Assembly: GCF_009914755.1 (NCBI RefSeq)
Contig: NC_060927.1
Reading direction: 5' to 3' (one strand)
From: the human T2T-CHM13v2.0 reference genome, Homo sapiens
DNA: 64,000 nt
Under the pieces are notes generated by a model. That model had not been told where the DNA came from. It did no database searches and saw nothing but the letters and a program-made list of their open reading frames with translations. A program made the position numbers and the translations under genes. Shown here piece by piece: positions 20,119-35,343 of the stretch (position 1 is the first letter of the stretch; each line of letters begins with the position of its first letter).

Positions 20119-20620
20119 GAAAAAGTTATTCCACACCTCCTCCCTGACCTTGTCGTGCAGACGCTTCCAGGATGAACTCCAACTCGCCGAGCCACCGCAG
20201 CTCCTCAGCTGACTAAAAGAGTTAATGATCCTCCAGGTTAAAACTCCTCCTTGAGCACACACCTTCTCTCAACAAATGACAATACTTGGCAAACTGAACT
20301 CCTCCCACGAGTCGCCCTCTGCTAGGAGGAATTGCTGGCTGCTCCCTGCTTATTGCATTCTCTCAGAGCAGCTGTCTCAAAGGAGGCTGCTCCCATGCCG
20401 ATCTTTTTGTGCCCAACTTACAGGGAAAGAACTCATTGCCTGCCCAGTGCCTGCCAGCCTCAGACTTCTGACTGCAAATCCAACAGGACAATACAGAGTT
20501 GGCAGGACCCTTCTCAGGAGTGAGGAGCGGGTGCAAGAACTCCCAGGTCACTGCTTTATTCAGAGGACCTAAGGAATTGGGTTGAGCGGAAGCGCACAGA
20601 GCTGCAGATTTTCTTTGATG
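20119..20620 (-). promoter_or_regulatory. ATP13A4: ATP13A4 5' UTR and proximal promoter (non-CpG-island; TSS not determinable)
   Basis: Repeat-free, modestly GC/CpG-enriched sequence directly upstream of the ATG. Positional inference. Confidence 0.6.
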
Positions 20621-21949
20621 AATGAAAGCTTCAATCCACAGGTTTCTAATAGTACTCTCATTCATTTTGCTTACAAAAGGTACAGATTATCACTAATCCT
20701 CTTCAAAAGGTATTTGTAATCACATTTCCTTGTATATGCAAAAAAAATTCTATTTAAAGTGTATGTGAAATTAAGTTTACTTTTTTGAAACACATGTAGA
20801 AAAAGAACAAAGGTATCATCAAACTAGTCTATGTAGTCTCCTTTCACTAAAATATTGATGGTTCAACACTTAAGGAAGTCTAGAAATAAAATATTCAAAT
20901 GACTATATGGCCAGACTCTTTTTTAATTTGTTTACACATTTATTCAATAAACAGTGCCTGAGCACAGGGACTACCTAAAAAAGTTAAGTCATATTTGCTA
21001 CCCTCGTGTTGATGTAAGGATTCAAACATCCAAACAAATATGATAGAAAGTGGATTGTTATTATAAGAGATGGAACAGAAGTCTAAGAAAACTGTCAGAA
21101 GTCCCAATGTGGTGTAGAGAAACACACCCCTACCCTAGCTCTGGCAAAATACCTGTATTCCAGCTGCTTGTCTGCACTGGCCTTGCTGTGTGATCATTTA
21201 ACTATAGGAACCGGCTCTTCTCATCTGGTACCGCCCGACAGGACTTTTGAGAGAATGGAATGAGATCATTGTGAAAGTACATTGTACGGCACTGATCAAG
21301 TGCTGTTAGGATTATTAAACTAAATGTGCATTTGAACAGTAGGTGTTAGGACATAGTGGCTAAGGGCATATACACTAAATTTGGAAGGCCTGAGTTCAAA
21401 TTTGGACTGTACTAGGTGGTCGTTGTGCTACCTTGGGATATAACAAGTTATACAAACTCCATTCTCCTCTATTTCCTCACATGTAACATAAAGATGATGA
21501 TAATAGAACCTACGTCCTAAAACAGACTTTTAAGAAAGAGTGCCTGGGAAATAATAGGTGTTCCACAAAAGATAGTTATTTTTACCTTCACCATGTCCAC
21601 TGTCTGTCCCTCAAGCTACATTGGCAATGATATCTCCAACCTGACCCAAATAACCCTAATGTGACCAAGATCAATGTGTGCATGTGTGTGTGTGTATATG
21701 TTGTATGTGTAAAACCTTGAGCAAATAGTGAAGTATAGGATAAACATAAAAAGTAAGCTAAGTAAACCCATTGTAATAGTAATTACAAAATATATATGTA
21801 CGTGTGTGTGTATGTGTGTGTGTGTGTATATATATATATGTAGTTCTCTTGGTTTCAAAAATTTGCTAGCACAATTTAACCAAATAAATGAAAATAAAAT
21901 TAACATTTTATCACAAGGTCAAAATATAAGGAGTAAAGGGTTTATGGGG

Positions 21950-22070
21950 GGGGTAATAAAAATGTTCTAGAACTACTGATGGCTTCAAAAATTTGTGAAC
22001 ATACTAAACCTCACTGAACTCTATACTTTAAAAGGGTGAATTTTATGAAATGTGAATTATATCTCAATGA
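21950..22070 (+). mobile_element. L1MB-type 3' terminal fragment
   Basis: aaaatgttctagaact...tatactttaaaagggtgaattttatg...gaattatatctcaat. Confidence 0.65.
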
Positions 22071-25000
22071 AGAGATATAACAAATTTAAAAATCATACCT
22101 CAATAAAAAATTATACCTCAAAAAAACCTAACTGAACATTTAACAGCCTTACTAGGCAGTAATTATATATTTAGTACAGAAAAAAATATAAAACAAGCAT
22201 ATTCCAAATTTCATCTCAACTGATGGAGGTTGAGGAGTGTTAGTATGTGACGTGGTGAAACTATATCAGTGCTCCTGGGCAGGTGAGAAAGAAGTAATTC
22301 ATTCTCCAGTTTATCACTGGCAATATTTGCAGTTTCCTTTTGGCTGGGTTCCTGAATGCACTTGGCAACTCTTGCACCGTTGTGGGATTGAGATGAGTGT
22401 GTAACTGATTAACAGCTAGAGGAGAAACTGTACACAAACTTACCCCATCAAATAAATCAGGTCATGCTGCTACAATATTTAAGCTAAACTTGAACAGGAA
22501 AATATGTAAGTCCTTAAGAACATTAAAAGCTTTTATAAAAATCAGATGTCCATGGAAAATTATTTTCCACAAACCTGGTTCAATAGAGCTGAGGACTCCA
22601 GTAGTGAGAGAGTTTCCTCAGGTTCCTTGGGAGTTCTATTGGTAAAACATCTAGATTTTATCGATGGCAACACTGCTTATGGACAGCACTCACCCTCATT
22701 TAGTGATTTTGGTCTACAAACATAACCATAACCAGAAACAGGGCTAGGTTGTGTGGGAAAGCAAAGAGAACATTTACAGAACACTTCCACATATGAGGCA
22801 CAATTCTAAACAGTTTACACTCACTGTTGCACACAATCCTGACAAAAGCCTCTGTGGTTGATACTATTCTGGTCATTCTTATTTGACAGACAAGGAAACA
22901 CAGGTGCAGACATTAAGTAATTTGCCTACATTCAAACCATTAGTAAGTGACAGAATGAGTATTCGGACCTAGGCAATGCAGCTCTCCCAATCCGTGATCC
23001 TAGTTACTGGACTAATACCTCTTCTACACATTTATTTGGCACATCCAAAGTGCTCTGCAAAGAGGTTTGCATTTATATGACCAGAAAAGCCTCTTTGTGA
23101 AGGAAGCATTTTGAGAAAGGCCTTGGAAAGAGCCAAAAATGCTTCAACAGGTGGAGATGCTGAGGCTCGGACAAAGAGTAAGGCCGCAGGAAAGAGCATT
23201 TGAAGCAAGGGAATCATCAGAGGAAGAAACACATGGTCATGTTCAGAGCAAGCCCATCAGCCTCACTGCAGCATGGGCTGCATGAAGGAAGAAGAGGGGA
23301 GTGACATGTGGCAGGGAAATATGGACCAACGCCATGCATGGAGGTCCTGAATGCCAGGTCTGAGTCTGAGCTTAGTGCACAGAGTGACAATAACATGGAA
23401 GGCAAACTGAACTCCATAAATATCCCTACTGTTCCTGATCAGCCTGTGCTCTCATATTATAGGAATCAGGTCCAAAGCGACTCAGTCCTTCTATGCAATA
23501 CTGTATTTATGTAGACAGTTTTCTTGAACCTTCTAAGTTAAGTCTTCTATTTCTCTTAGGAACATTGTTTGAAAAGTTATTCTTGAATTCACCCTCCCTT
23601 TCCTTAATTGTGCCTGTTCAATATTTCTATTCTATACTCTACGTGCCTCACGGGTTGTGATGTGGCGTAGTAAGAATGGCAGATGAGGATTTGGTGTGGT
23701 CTGAATTCTAATCTTGACATTTTCCTGAAGGATTCCATTCACTCATTCACTTAGCACTAGTTTGATTAACTTCAGTATGCCCAGATCTGTAATAGATGAA
23801 GAATAGAGATTTAATAAATTATGCCCCAGAAAAGTTAAGTCCATTAAGAAACAAGACCAACACCAAAATATAAATTCCACATAATATGCTAATTACACAA
23901 GAGTGACAGAGGAACTTCAAGTAGGGAGTTAGGCCAGGAAACCCTCACAAGGATAGGAGTTTTATGCTTGTCTAGATAAATACAGGTGGGAAAGGAAAGC
24001 ATTATTAACAAAGGAGACAGAGAGCAAAAGCACAGATGAGGGCTCGCACACAGCCCATTCTGGGGGCTACAAATTATACACATATATTGATATCTCAGAA
24101 TTGAGAGGAATGTCCAAAAGGAAAAGTACCTTCGTTCATTCTCTGATTCTCTCCCTGAACTCATTTTTTCTCAAATACTCTCTCCCAAATAAGAATGGGA
24201 ATGGAAAATAAAAAGGACAAATACTTAGCTACCTCTGCTGATCTGGCATCTCGGTTTGCTTTTGATTATCTTAGGAGCATGCCTGTTGTTCTGAGCAGTT
24301 CTCAACCTCTGTGATTGTCTAGAATAGATGTCCAATGGAAATAATGGCAGGACCGGTTTCTCTGCCAGGGCCGTGGGGATGCTGATGCTTCACTTGTCTG
24401 GCCCATTTAGGTTTTGTGATGATAAATGGTAATAATGTTTCATTATATGTTAATTTCCATCTTTCATCTGAGAACTCACAGCATATTACAAATATTGTTT
24501 TTTGCAACATCTCTGTGAAGTAGGGAGGTGAGTAGTATCATTGCTCCCATTTGAAAGCTGTAGGAACTGAGTCATAAAGAGGTCACAAAGAGCTGTTCAA
24601 GGTCATGTGTCTTTACCATGGAGAGGAACCTGAAACAAGTGCAATATCTCTGCCTTGTCATCACTGGCAATAAGCTGACTCAGTCTTCCTCCTCAGCCCT
24701 CATTACACAAATTTGCTATTTGTAAAGTACTTGAGACCTTTAGTTATAGAACTTTATCTAAACTCAAGGCTTTACCTTTAGTATTAATTATCCTAATCTG
24801 CTCTAAAATAGTCTGTGGTAGCAAGCAAAGATGCCATATCCCAAAGAGGAATTACCTGCCTCAAGGTGGTGGTGCAAAGTCTAATTGAATTAATTAATGT
24901 TTGTAAAACATTTAGCAACCCTTAGATTAAAGGGTCTAATACAAAGATCCAGGGACTCCCCATTAATTACAGAAGAAAAGAGCAGGCTGATGCTGTCTCT

Positions 25001-25479
25001 GCTTCTCAGAGGACTTGCTCTCAAATATCCCCGTTCAGCACCAGGTCTGTTCTCCCAGTGCCTTGGGGTGGCCTGTTGTTTCCCTTTCAGAAGAGTCCTC
25101 TTTGCTTTCTGTTATTTCCAAAAATAGGAAATTAAAAGCTGCTCTCTGGAGGTAAGGCAGCTCCCCTTCTGTGAAGCTTACCTCAGTTGACAGCTGTTAT
25201 AACAATTCCAGGTCATTAAGGACAACCTATAAAAACAAAATCCAAAAGAGATGGTCCCCAGGCAGAAGCTTCATGTCAGTGTACTTAATTTTGAGAACTT
25301 TTAACCTAAAAATTTGAATATACAAAACAATACAAGTTATGGTGCTATTATTAACAATCAGAGACTATTAGACTGGGCCTTAGAAATTACTAAGTTACCT
25401 TCATTGTTTCTTCGGTGAGAAAAAAGTTACTGGATGACTGTGTAACGATTTGTCCAAGATCACAATCTGCGAAAGCTAA

Positions 25480-25825
<346 letters not shown>

Positions 25826-27908
25826 TGCTACTCACTTTTTGTAAAGGGATTAGAATAGGATACTTTGAAACAGTATCTCTAGAATATTTACGAGGACTTC
25901 ATTTGCCAAGCATAGATTTCAATAGAACTTTTCCAGAACCCACCAATTGTGTAAAGCCATGGCCATATCACTGAATTGTACAGCACATCCCATTACTTAG
26001 GCATGATCCAGAGGGCTTAGGACATAGCATTGGGCCCACCCACTGGGGTGAAAATCTGTGCTTGGGGAGCTGATGACACTGCAGGTGCTTGCAAAGGAAA
26101 TTTAATCTACCAGGCAATTGAAGCTCACAGCAATTTCTGCTTACAGCTCAGGGGAGCAGTTGGCCAAGGGGGAAAGAGAGAAAGGCCATAAGACAGAAGC
26201 AGAAATGTTCCCAACAAGCAGTTAGAGTCCAGCCATGGGGCAGGTGATACTTGGAAATCCAGACAGGAAGCTGGCTCCATGGAGTCTGTCCTCTAGTGGC
26301 TAAGCTCCAATCAGAAACCTCGGGCCTGAGGCAGCGTTCCAATTCCGAGTGGGAGCCTGGCATGGGAAAGGCTTCTTCACTCCTAGGAAAAATCTGGGGC
26401 TCAAGACAGGCTGCCAGGCAGGAACTTAGGAACAGTAGTACCCACAGGGGACCTCAGGCTTGGGAATGAGGCAAGAGCCCAATTAACAGAATCAGGGCAC
26501 TGCCTCTGGGCAGACTAACCAAGAGTGTGGCTGGGTGCTGAGCTGCAGAGAGCAACGCTGGGCTGGATTCAGTGCCCTTGCTGTGGGCCTGGGATGACCC
26601 AGGAACTGGGCTGAGGCCCCTGGGGAAAATCAAGAACAGGTTCCTGGTGCAGAAGAAGAAAGCGGCAAGGCTGGGGCTCCACTGGGCCTCTCTGCTTGCC
26701 ATTCTTCCAAAAGTCCACTTAGGATTATTTATGCTGGTTACCTCTTTCATCAGCAAGTAAGATGCTCCACAAAAGGGAGGAGACTCTCAAGTGGATCAAT
26801 CAATGATATTTTGAGAGAGGGGTGAAACTGAAATTAATGACAAAAGAAATTCAGAGCTCTTATTTGTGTACTGTACATGTCGTTCAGTGTCCTAAGCAAA
26901 CTGGTAATGGGAAATGTTATTTACTAATGGAAAAAGGAAAGTAATAAGATAGAACTAATGCACCTCCTAGTACTCAGACCCTCTCCCAGTTAGTGTGGCA
27001 TCAGAGGGGATCTCTGAGGTTTCTCAGCTCTCCCACAGTCCATCAACCCTGCCAAAGCACTTCAAATAAGCAATCTTAATAAAACTGTGCTTACCATGCA
27101 AATGTAACTTTAAAATAAGCCCCCCAGCTTCCAATCTAATCTCTGTCCCAATGGAGGTCTTTGGGGGCTGTCACTGTCTTTTCACATGCCTCTTTTTTAC
27201 ACACCCCTATGAAACACGCAACCGGACTACCTATGTCTACCATGGGATCATCACTGTACTTCTCCCTCCGCGGGAAATGGAGTCCAATCCTCTCCTCCTT
27301 TCATCCAGCCTTTCTCTGGCACCAGGGAGCTTTGCTGTTGGCTAGCTGCAAGCTTTGTTGGTTGCTCTGTTTGTTCATATCTCATTGACCCCAGAGTACA
27401 TGGCAGAGAATAGCAGTAGTTCCTCACCAGTGGTGTGTGTCAGTCACCCTGGAAGCTCTCCTGGACCCCACATACTCTGGTCCCGGAGAGCTACCAAACC
27501 CAGACCTAGCAAACCTGAATCCCTGGGGTGGAAACAAACAAACAAAAAAAAACTACATTTTGATGAGTGTGGGTTATGTTGTACTTATACTACTTTAAAA
27601 ATAAAAAGGAAAATAAAAGAATAAAGTAGATCTATTGTCATAGCAAGATGTCCACGATACATTAACTGCAAGTTGTTATAGAATGCTATTATTATATGAT
27701 TAAATGCACTATATTATTAAATGCATTCATCAGGCATTTTTGTAAAAATGGGAAATATCTGTGTGTGCGATGTAATATATAGGTGGATATTTAAACAAAA
27801 GAGTCCATAGACTAGGGATTTTAGCCACTGTTCCCTGTTCTCCTTGCCATTTGCCTCCCAGGCCCTAGATACAGTGAAACCAATTTCAAATATAGAATCA
27901 TACTGGTC

Positions 27909-28215
<307 letters not shown>

Positions 28216-28425
28216 AATCATAGTGGTTGTATTATGGCTCTATCATGTGACAGCCATGAAAAATTTGGCAAGTTGCTAAATTATCCTAAGCTTCAATGTT
28301 TTCATCTTTGAAATGAGATATAATCCCGTTACTCCATGATACGGTATTGTTGGAAGAACAAATAAGATTGTATACATGCCCAGTCTCGTGTCAGACAAAT
28401 TATAAGACATTTTTTAGGGAAAAAA

Positions 28426-29497
28426 TAGTGTTAGAAGTTGAACGGTACTTGAGAATTTTTTTCTTCCCAAAAAAATATGAAATGGGGAAAAACACAATTG
28501 AACAGCTTTATATTAATCTTTCTTGTTTAAGAACAGGAAAGATTATACCTGGTTTACTGAAGGATTGCTTGAAGAGTGTCAGCCCATCAGGACAAGGGAA
28601 TGCAGAGAAGGCCTGGCTAACCCACAGATCTCACCAGCCTAATCTACCTGCCAAAATGAGAGAAAATGAAAGCCAGAAACTCAGGGACCCAAATCTCCAC
28701 TCCTAGGCCTAGTATCCTTTTACTAACTACTCATTCCAATGTTAAGAAGTCCACAGAAACCAAAGTACCCACAAATATCAATCACTGCTTAACAGTAAAT
28801 GATCAACACATACTGATTTCATCCACTTTAGCCAGGTGAGGTGGCACATGCCTGTAATCCTGGCTACTCAGAAGGCTGAGCTGGGAGGATTACTTGAGCT
28901 TGCAAGGTCAAGGCTGCAGTCAGCTGTGATTGTGTAATTGCGCCACTGCACTCCAGCCTGGGCAATAGACTGAGAGTGTCTCAAAAAAAAAGTTTGCTTT
29001 GTAAACCACCGAATATATACCTAAAATGTTGTTTTCTTATTTTATTTCTTTAAGATTATTTATAGACTATTTCTTGTTAGGAAAAATATTTTATTTCTTA
29101 ATTATTTATCATCTGAACAATGTATGACGTGCTAATATCAAAGAGCACTGGAAGGAGAGAGATTTACAACCAACCTCTGGCAACCTCACTGTCTAACTTG
29201 GGGCAACCCCTGCTGTTCAAAAGAGAGAAAATGAGAGCCAGAAAAGTTACCTTCTAACACTTCTAAATTAGTATTAGAAGTTGAACAGTACTTGAGAAAT
29301 GTTTTCTTCCCTAAAAAAATATAAAATGGAGAAAAACACAATTAAACAGCATTATATTCATCTTTCTTATTTTTAGAATAAGAAAGATTATGCCTGGTTT
29401 ACTGAAGGATTGCTCGAAGAGTATCAGCCTATCAGAACAAGAGCATTCAGAAAAGGCCTGGCTAACCCAGAGGCCTTGCCACCCTGGTCTACCTGCC
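28426..29497 (+). repeat. Complex local duplication mosaic (three segments with nearby paralogous copies)
   Basis: 28426-28652 matches 29269-29497; 28828-29138 matches 35489-35797; 29137-29241 matches 30801-30906 (aligned by eye). Confidence 0.9.
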
Positions 29498-30049
29498 TAG
29501 CTGGGCCTTGCTAGAAGCACTTGTGGCTGCCACCTACAGGCCTGCTTCCAGCCTATATGCCTTGTGGCAAAAGCTGCATGGCATTTGGCAGACTGGAAAA
29601 CCATGCAAATATTCATGATCTGGGCAAAATCCCTAAATGAGGGTAAGCAAGCTGTTAAGAGAAATTCAACTGTGTCCTATGAAATGCATTTGCAGGAACT
29701 TATGAAGATGTTTATCTCAAGGAACAGGAGATTTAGGAAGTACAGGTTGGTCATCATCAAGTATCTGACTGTTTATCATGTAAGGTGGGATTGACACTAA
29801 TCTGGTGATTCCAGGGTAAGAACTAGGATTAACAGGTGGAAACTGGTGCCTAGTAGTTAAGAGTAAAGGCTGCAGTCATCTTGACTGTGGTGATGGTTTC
29901 ACAGATACACCATGACATATTTTATACTTTGGATATGTGCAGTTGATTTTATTTCAACTTCAATAAAGTAGAAAAGAGTATGAGCTATAATGTCAGATAG
30001 TTTGGGCTCTAATTATTGCTTAGCCACTTACTATCAGTGTGATCTAGAA

Positions 30050-30550
30050 CAGGGATCCCCGACCCCTAGGCCTTGGACAGGTATTGCAGGAGGTGAGCAG
30101 CAGGTGAGCCAGCAAAGTTTCATCTGTATTTACAGCCACTCCCCATCACTCACATTACCCCCTGAGCTCCACCACCTGTCAGAGCAGCGGCAACATTAGA
30201 TTCTCATAGGAGCACAAACCCTACTGTGAACTGCACATGAGAAGGATCTAGGTTGCATGTTCCTTATGAGACTCCAATGCCTGATGAACTGTCACTGTTT
30301 CCCGTCACTCCCAGATGGCACTGTCTAGTTGCAGGTAAACAAGCTCAGGGCTCCCACTGATTCTACATTATGTTGAGTTGTAGAATTATTTCATTATATA
30401 TTACAATGTAATAATAATAGAAATACCGTGCACAATAAATGTTAATGAGTTTGAATCATCCTGAAACCACCGCCCCCGACTCCAACAGTCCATGGAAAAT
30501 TTGTCTTCCATGAAACTGGTTCCTTGTACCAAATGGGTTGAGGACTGCTG
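30050..30550. mobile_element. MER1A hAT-Charlie element inserted in a MIR
   Basis: CAGGG...CTG termini with a perfect 8-bp TSD ATCTAGAA (30042-30049 and 30551-30558); MER1 core attagattctcataggagc. Confidence 0.88.
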
Positions 30551-33256
30551 ATCTAGAACAAATTATTTAACCTTTAATAGATCTCCTGGAGTCAATATGA
30601 AGTTAGGTGAAATAATGCATATAAAGTGCTTAGCAGGGAATCAATGTGTGGCAATCATTTACTGTTAGGCAAACAATTACTGTTATTTTGGGGTACTTTT
30701 TCTTTGGTGCTCTCAAAATTGGAAGGAGTAGTTTAATATAAGGCTACTGGGCATAGGAGCAGAGAATTGGGGTCATGAATTTCTGGACCCTTTGAAAGGA
30801 CATCAAAGAGTACTGGAAGGAGAGAGATTCACAATCAACCTCTGGCAACCTCACTGTCTAACTTGGGGCAACCTCTGCTACTCAATTAAGAGAAAATGAG
30901 AGCCAGGTAATCTTGGCATTAGAAGGAGATTTTGAGATTGACAGGTCCTATTTCCACCCAGTGGTCCCAGTCTAGCCATGAGATGTCCCTGCTTTCCTCA
31001 TGTCCCTGCTCTCAGTTCCCCTGCAGAGAGCTCCTTCCCCAGCCAGCACTCTGCTGGAATCTGACAGCCAGGGGGCTTGCAGACCAAACACTATTAAGTG
31101 GTTAAGTATTTAAAAACAGGTCGTGAGAAACATATTCATTTCCTGTTTCTTGCTATCTCACTATGTGATGTTGAACGCACCATTCCACTGCTCTGAGCCT
31201 CAGTTGACTAATCTGTTTAATGGAACTGATATTATTGTCCTACTCTTGTGATATTGTTTATTATTGTGATATTGCTTGTTTCTGCTCAGCACAGAGTTAA
31301 GTGCTCCATTAATGCCAGGCCATGAGACTATCATGAGCATCATGAGAGGTAGTAGGTAAAATTGATAGATATAGAATGCAGTGCCCAAGTCCTCAACTCA
31401 CGAACCTGTGCGGCTACTGCCAGGAGAAGGCCAAAGGGCTTTCTTTCTCCCTAGATAATTCAGATACATTTTAGACAATGGTTCTCCTGGGGTAATGGAC
31501 CTGCCCTTGTTCTCCTAACCTACTCTTTTTGCTACCTCCCTAAATTCCACTTTCCCGTATTGAATTTAATACCTCAGTAATTATCCTTAAATTTGGATCT
31601 CCAGGTTTTTCTTTGCTTTGATCTTTTTAGCCCCTATGATAGAACAGATGGTCTCCAGCTTATACCTTCCCCAGATCTGAACATTTCATATGTCCAAGCA
31701 GCAGCTGGCCTGCCTCCTTACTCAGTGTACCAGTGACCTATTGGCCCTATATTCTGTCCTCAAGAATCTGTGACTGCTCCTGGGTATGCAGCCCGGAACC
31801 TTCTTTGCTGGGGCCTCTCAACCCCTGGAACATGTTAGGCATCACAAGAGCCTGGCACCCCTTTCCCTCTATCCCTAAAACATCACACATATACGCAAAC
31901 ACAAACTCATACACACACTATTGGAGCATGAGCCCTGGTCACACTTCCATTAGATCCAGTGGTAACAGTTGCCTCACCATTCCTTTCCACTACATTCCTC
32001 ACCCCTTTCACTTACTTTTTGGAAGGTCTCTTGCTAACATCTTCAGTCCTTTTGGTCAAGGCCCTGTCTCTGACCCCAAATGTCACCCACAAAGCCTAAT
32101 GTTGTGGTTAACAATATTTTCAGTTACTACTAAAATATTTGATGGCACACATACGTTAAAAATGAAAACAAGTTTTCTGGAAGATTATCTGTTAATATTT
32201 ATCAAAGAGATTATATGTATAATAATCATACCTAACATGAATGTTTGCCATGAACCAAACACTGTTGTTAACTCATCTTATTTTCCTATCTTCAACTCTA
32301 TAAAACAGATACTTTCGTTATTACCACTTTATCCCACTTTTAGAATTCTCTTGTGAATCATCTCAGATTTATTCAAATTGTATGGGTACAAAAATTTATC
32401 ACAGCATTGTTCAAATTGAATTATGTCCATATAATAGAATATTATGCAACCATTAAATATCAGAATATTCAGGAATGTTTAATATTTGAAAATGATAATT
32501 AAATATTAAATGAAAAACAAGATATGCATATTTTTATATAAAAAATGAGCCTGATATTATCCATGGATGCATAAACCAAAAAAGAAAACAAAGAGACAGA
32601 GATACGACAAAACCCTGACAGTGAATATCTCTGAGGGAGAATTCTTTACTTTATTCCCCTGTCTCTGTCATTCAGTTTTCCACAATAAACATGCTTTAAT
32701 GTTATAATCAGAAAAAGTAAATGTATTAAAAATATATTTTGCTATAGCATCATGTAGTTAAGTTCTGCTTAATTTCTGCTAGAGCCCAAGTGTCCTGCTC
32801 ATCCTCAAGAGCATCACAATCTCTCCGATGCAGTCCATGGATACGAATTAATATTATTTCCAAAGAAGAGGACCCAGAAATGTAAGAGAGTTTAAATTTC
32901 CTCCAATTTACAGAAAATATGCAAATAAAGCAACCTATGGTCACTTGGTGCCAAGAAATGAATCCTCATTAAGGACCCACCAAACTTCCTGCACTGTCCT
33001 TAGAAATGGAAGTTTAGCTACCATGTGTTAGGTTTTCTCTTCTCCACCAGGATGTTTTCTTCTTCCAGGATTTTTTATCTCAGTGATATCCTTGGTTTCT
33101 TTCCTCCCCACCAGCCCCTGTCTCTCCCAAATCTAATTGTCCCTGGTTCTGTTTAAAGCCTGCCTGGAGGTGCCTCCAAACAGACTCCCCTTCTTCTGAC
33201 CCGTGAGCCAGAATAGACCTGCATGGTTGTGCCTTTGGTAAAACACAGCCACCTGA

Positions 33257-33583
<327 letters not shown>

Positions 33584-33924
33584 AAGCACCACCACTTTCT
33601 TTTAACTACCAAAGAACTTTGGCAAACAGTTGATTCCAGGAAAAAAGCTGCCACTTTCTCTAGGGGAAAAAAATGGAACTAAATGCAAAAGCTTTCATCT
33701 AATTGCAGTAAAAAATAGACACTTCTCTTCCACTTTAGCCATTATTTCTAGGCACATTGAAAGGAGCATGGATTTGTAGCCTCCCATAACCTGGACTTAA
33801 AGCCAGGCTCTAGAATGGGCTAGGAGAGCATGTGCGAGGCTGTGAAGGTTGTTCACCTACAAAATAGGACTAATAACTTTAAGGACTGTTGAAAGAATAA
33901 AAATTGTTCATAAATGATAACATG

Positions 33925-35318
33925 AGTATACATAAACCTAGCACCCAGATCTTTGTTTCTAATGCCATTCTCCAATAAAAGGAACAAAAGCTCCTTGGAA
34001 AAATGGCTGAATCTAGGACTGGGGACACAAATATACAAGATGAGCCTCTTGTAGTGCCAGAACATAAAAAAGTGCTTAAAAAAATTAATGAGGATGGGTC
34101 AAATGGGTACAAGAGAAACTGAAGGAGCTCCCAATGGCCAAAGTTGGAACCATTTGAGCAACAAAATAATATCAGTATTGTTTTATAACCCAAAGTATAA
34201 AATAAATATTTGTGAATCCACACTGATACAAATAAGTTATAGAATAAATAAACAAATGGGCGAGAAGAGATAAATCTCTCATGCAGAAGAATTCAAACAA
34301 TTTATGTAGATACTACACGCTTGCTAACTGTGGGCTATTCATAGTGATTTCCTTCTAAAGAGTATAGTATAGAAAAGAAGGAAAAGAGAAGCTTTACAGT
34401 GGAGAGATTTGACTGACACTATGTCAGCCAGCCAGGTGATCAAGGTCAACATCCACAGTGGCAAGTCATGCTGAGAGTGTGTTATCCTTAATATAATGTG
34501 ATAGGAATGGCATTTTGCCTCTGTGCACTTCTTCCCAAAAGCCCAGAATTCTAGTCTAATAGTGAGAAAAATGTTCGACAAATCCCAATAAAGGGACGTG
34601 GTACAAAATACCAGTCTAGTAGTCCTTAAAATTGACAAGGTCATCAAAAACAAAAGAAGTTTGAGAAACTGTCACAGCCAAGATGAGCCTAAGGAGAAAT
34701 GACAACTAAATGCAACTTAGTATCCTGGGTGAGATCCTGGACAGGATAAAAAGCATCAGATAAAAACTAAGGAATTTTGAATAAATTATCAACTCTAGTT
34801 AATAGCAACATAGCAGTATTGGGTTTTTGTTTTGGTTTGGTTTTTTTGTTGTTGTTGTTTTTGTTTTTGTTTTTTGTTTTTTGTTTTGAGAGAGGGTCTC
34901 GCTCTGTCACCCAGGCAACAATAGCTCACTGCATCCTCAACCTCCCAGGCTCAAGCAGTCCTCCCATCTCAGCCTCCCAAGTAACTGGAACGACAGATGC
35001 ACGCCACCACGCTCAGCTAATTAAAAAAAAAATTTTGTGTGTGTGCTGACAGGGTCTTGCTACGTTTCCAAGCTGGTCTTGAACTCCTGAGCTCAAGCAA
35101 TCCTCCCACCGCAGGCTCCCAAAGTGCTGGGATTACAGGTATGAACCACTTCACCCAGCCAGTACTGGTTACTTAATTGTGATAAATAAACCATATTAAT
35201 GTAAGATATTAACAATGAGGGAAATCGGGTGCGGGGTATATGAGAACTCTCTATGCTATCATCACAATCTTTCAATAAACCTAAAACTATTCAAAAATGG
35301 AGAGTTTATTTTTTAAAA
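33925..35318 (+). mobile_element. L1MC/L1MD-type 3' UTR containing an AluJ (34825-35160, minus)
   Basis: ccattctccaataaaaggaac, ctttacagtggaga, ggggtatatgagaactctctatgctatc. Confidence 0.75.
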
Positions 35319-35343
35319 ATTACGCATACAAATATGCTTTGCC

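Larger units (their letters stand above)
18530..20400 (+). ncRNA. ATP13A4-AS1: Spliced antisense lncRNA overlapping ATP13A4 exon 1 (ends approximate)
   Basis: Plus-strand splice signals: donor GAG|GTAACA after 18612; internal exon 19032-19092 (ttttttcag| ... CAG|GTAAGC); acceptors before 19431 and 20014. An antisense RNA at this position is recalled; the exon chain itself is inferred. Confidence 0.5.

Noticed and set aside
20119-20262. In-frame N-terminal extension of ATP13A4
   Set aside because: It starts at a non-ATG codon, probably near or beyond the TSS; the known protein starts at MGHFEK.
31733-32356. 207-aa ORF
   Set aside because: Non-ATG start, no recognisable domain, low-complexity composition; likely chance.
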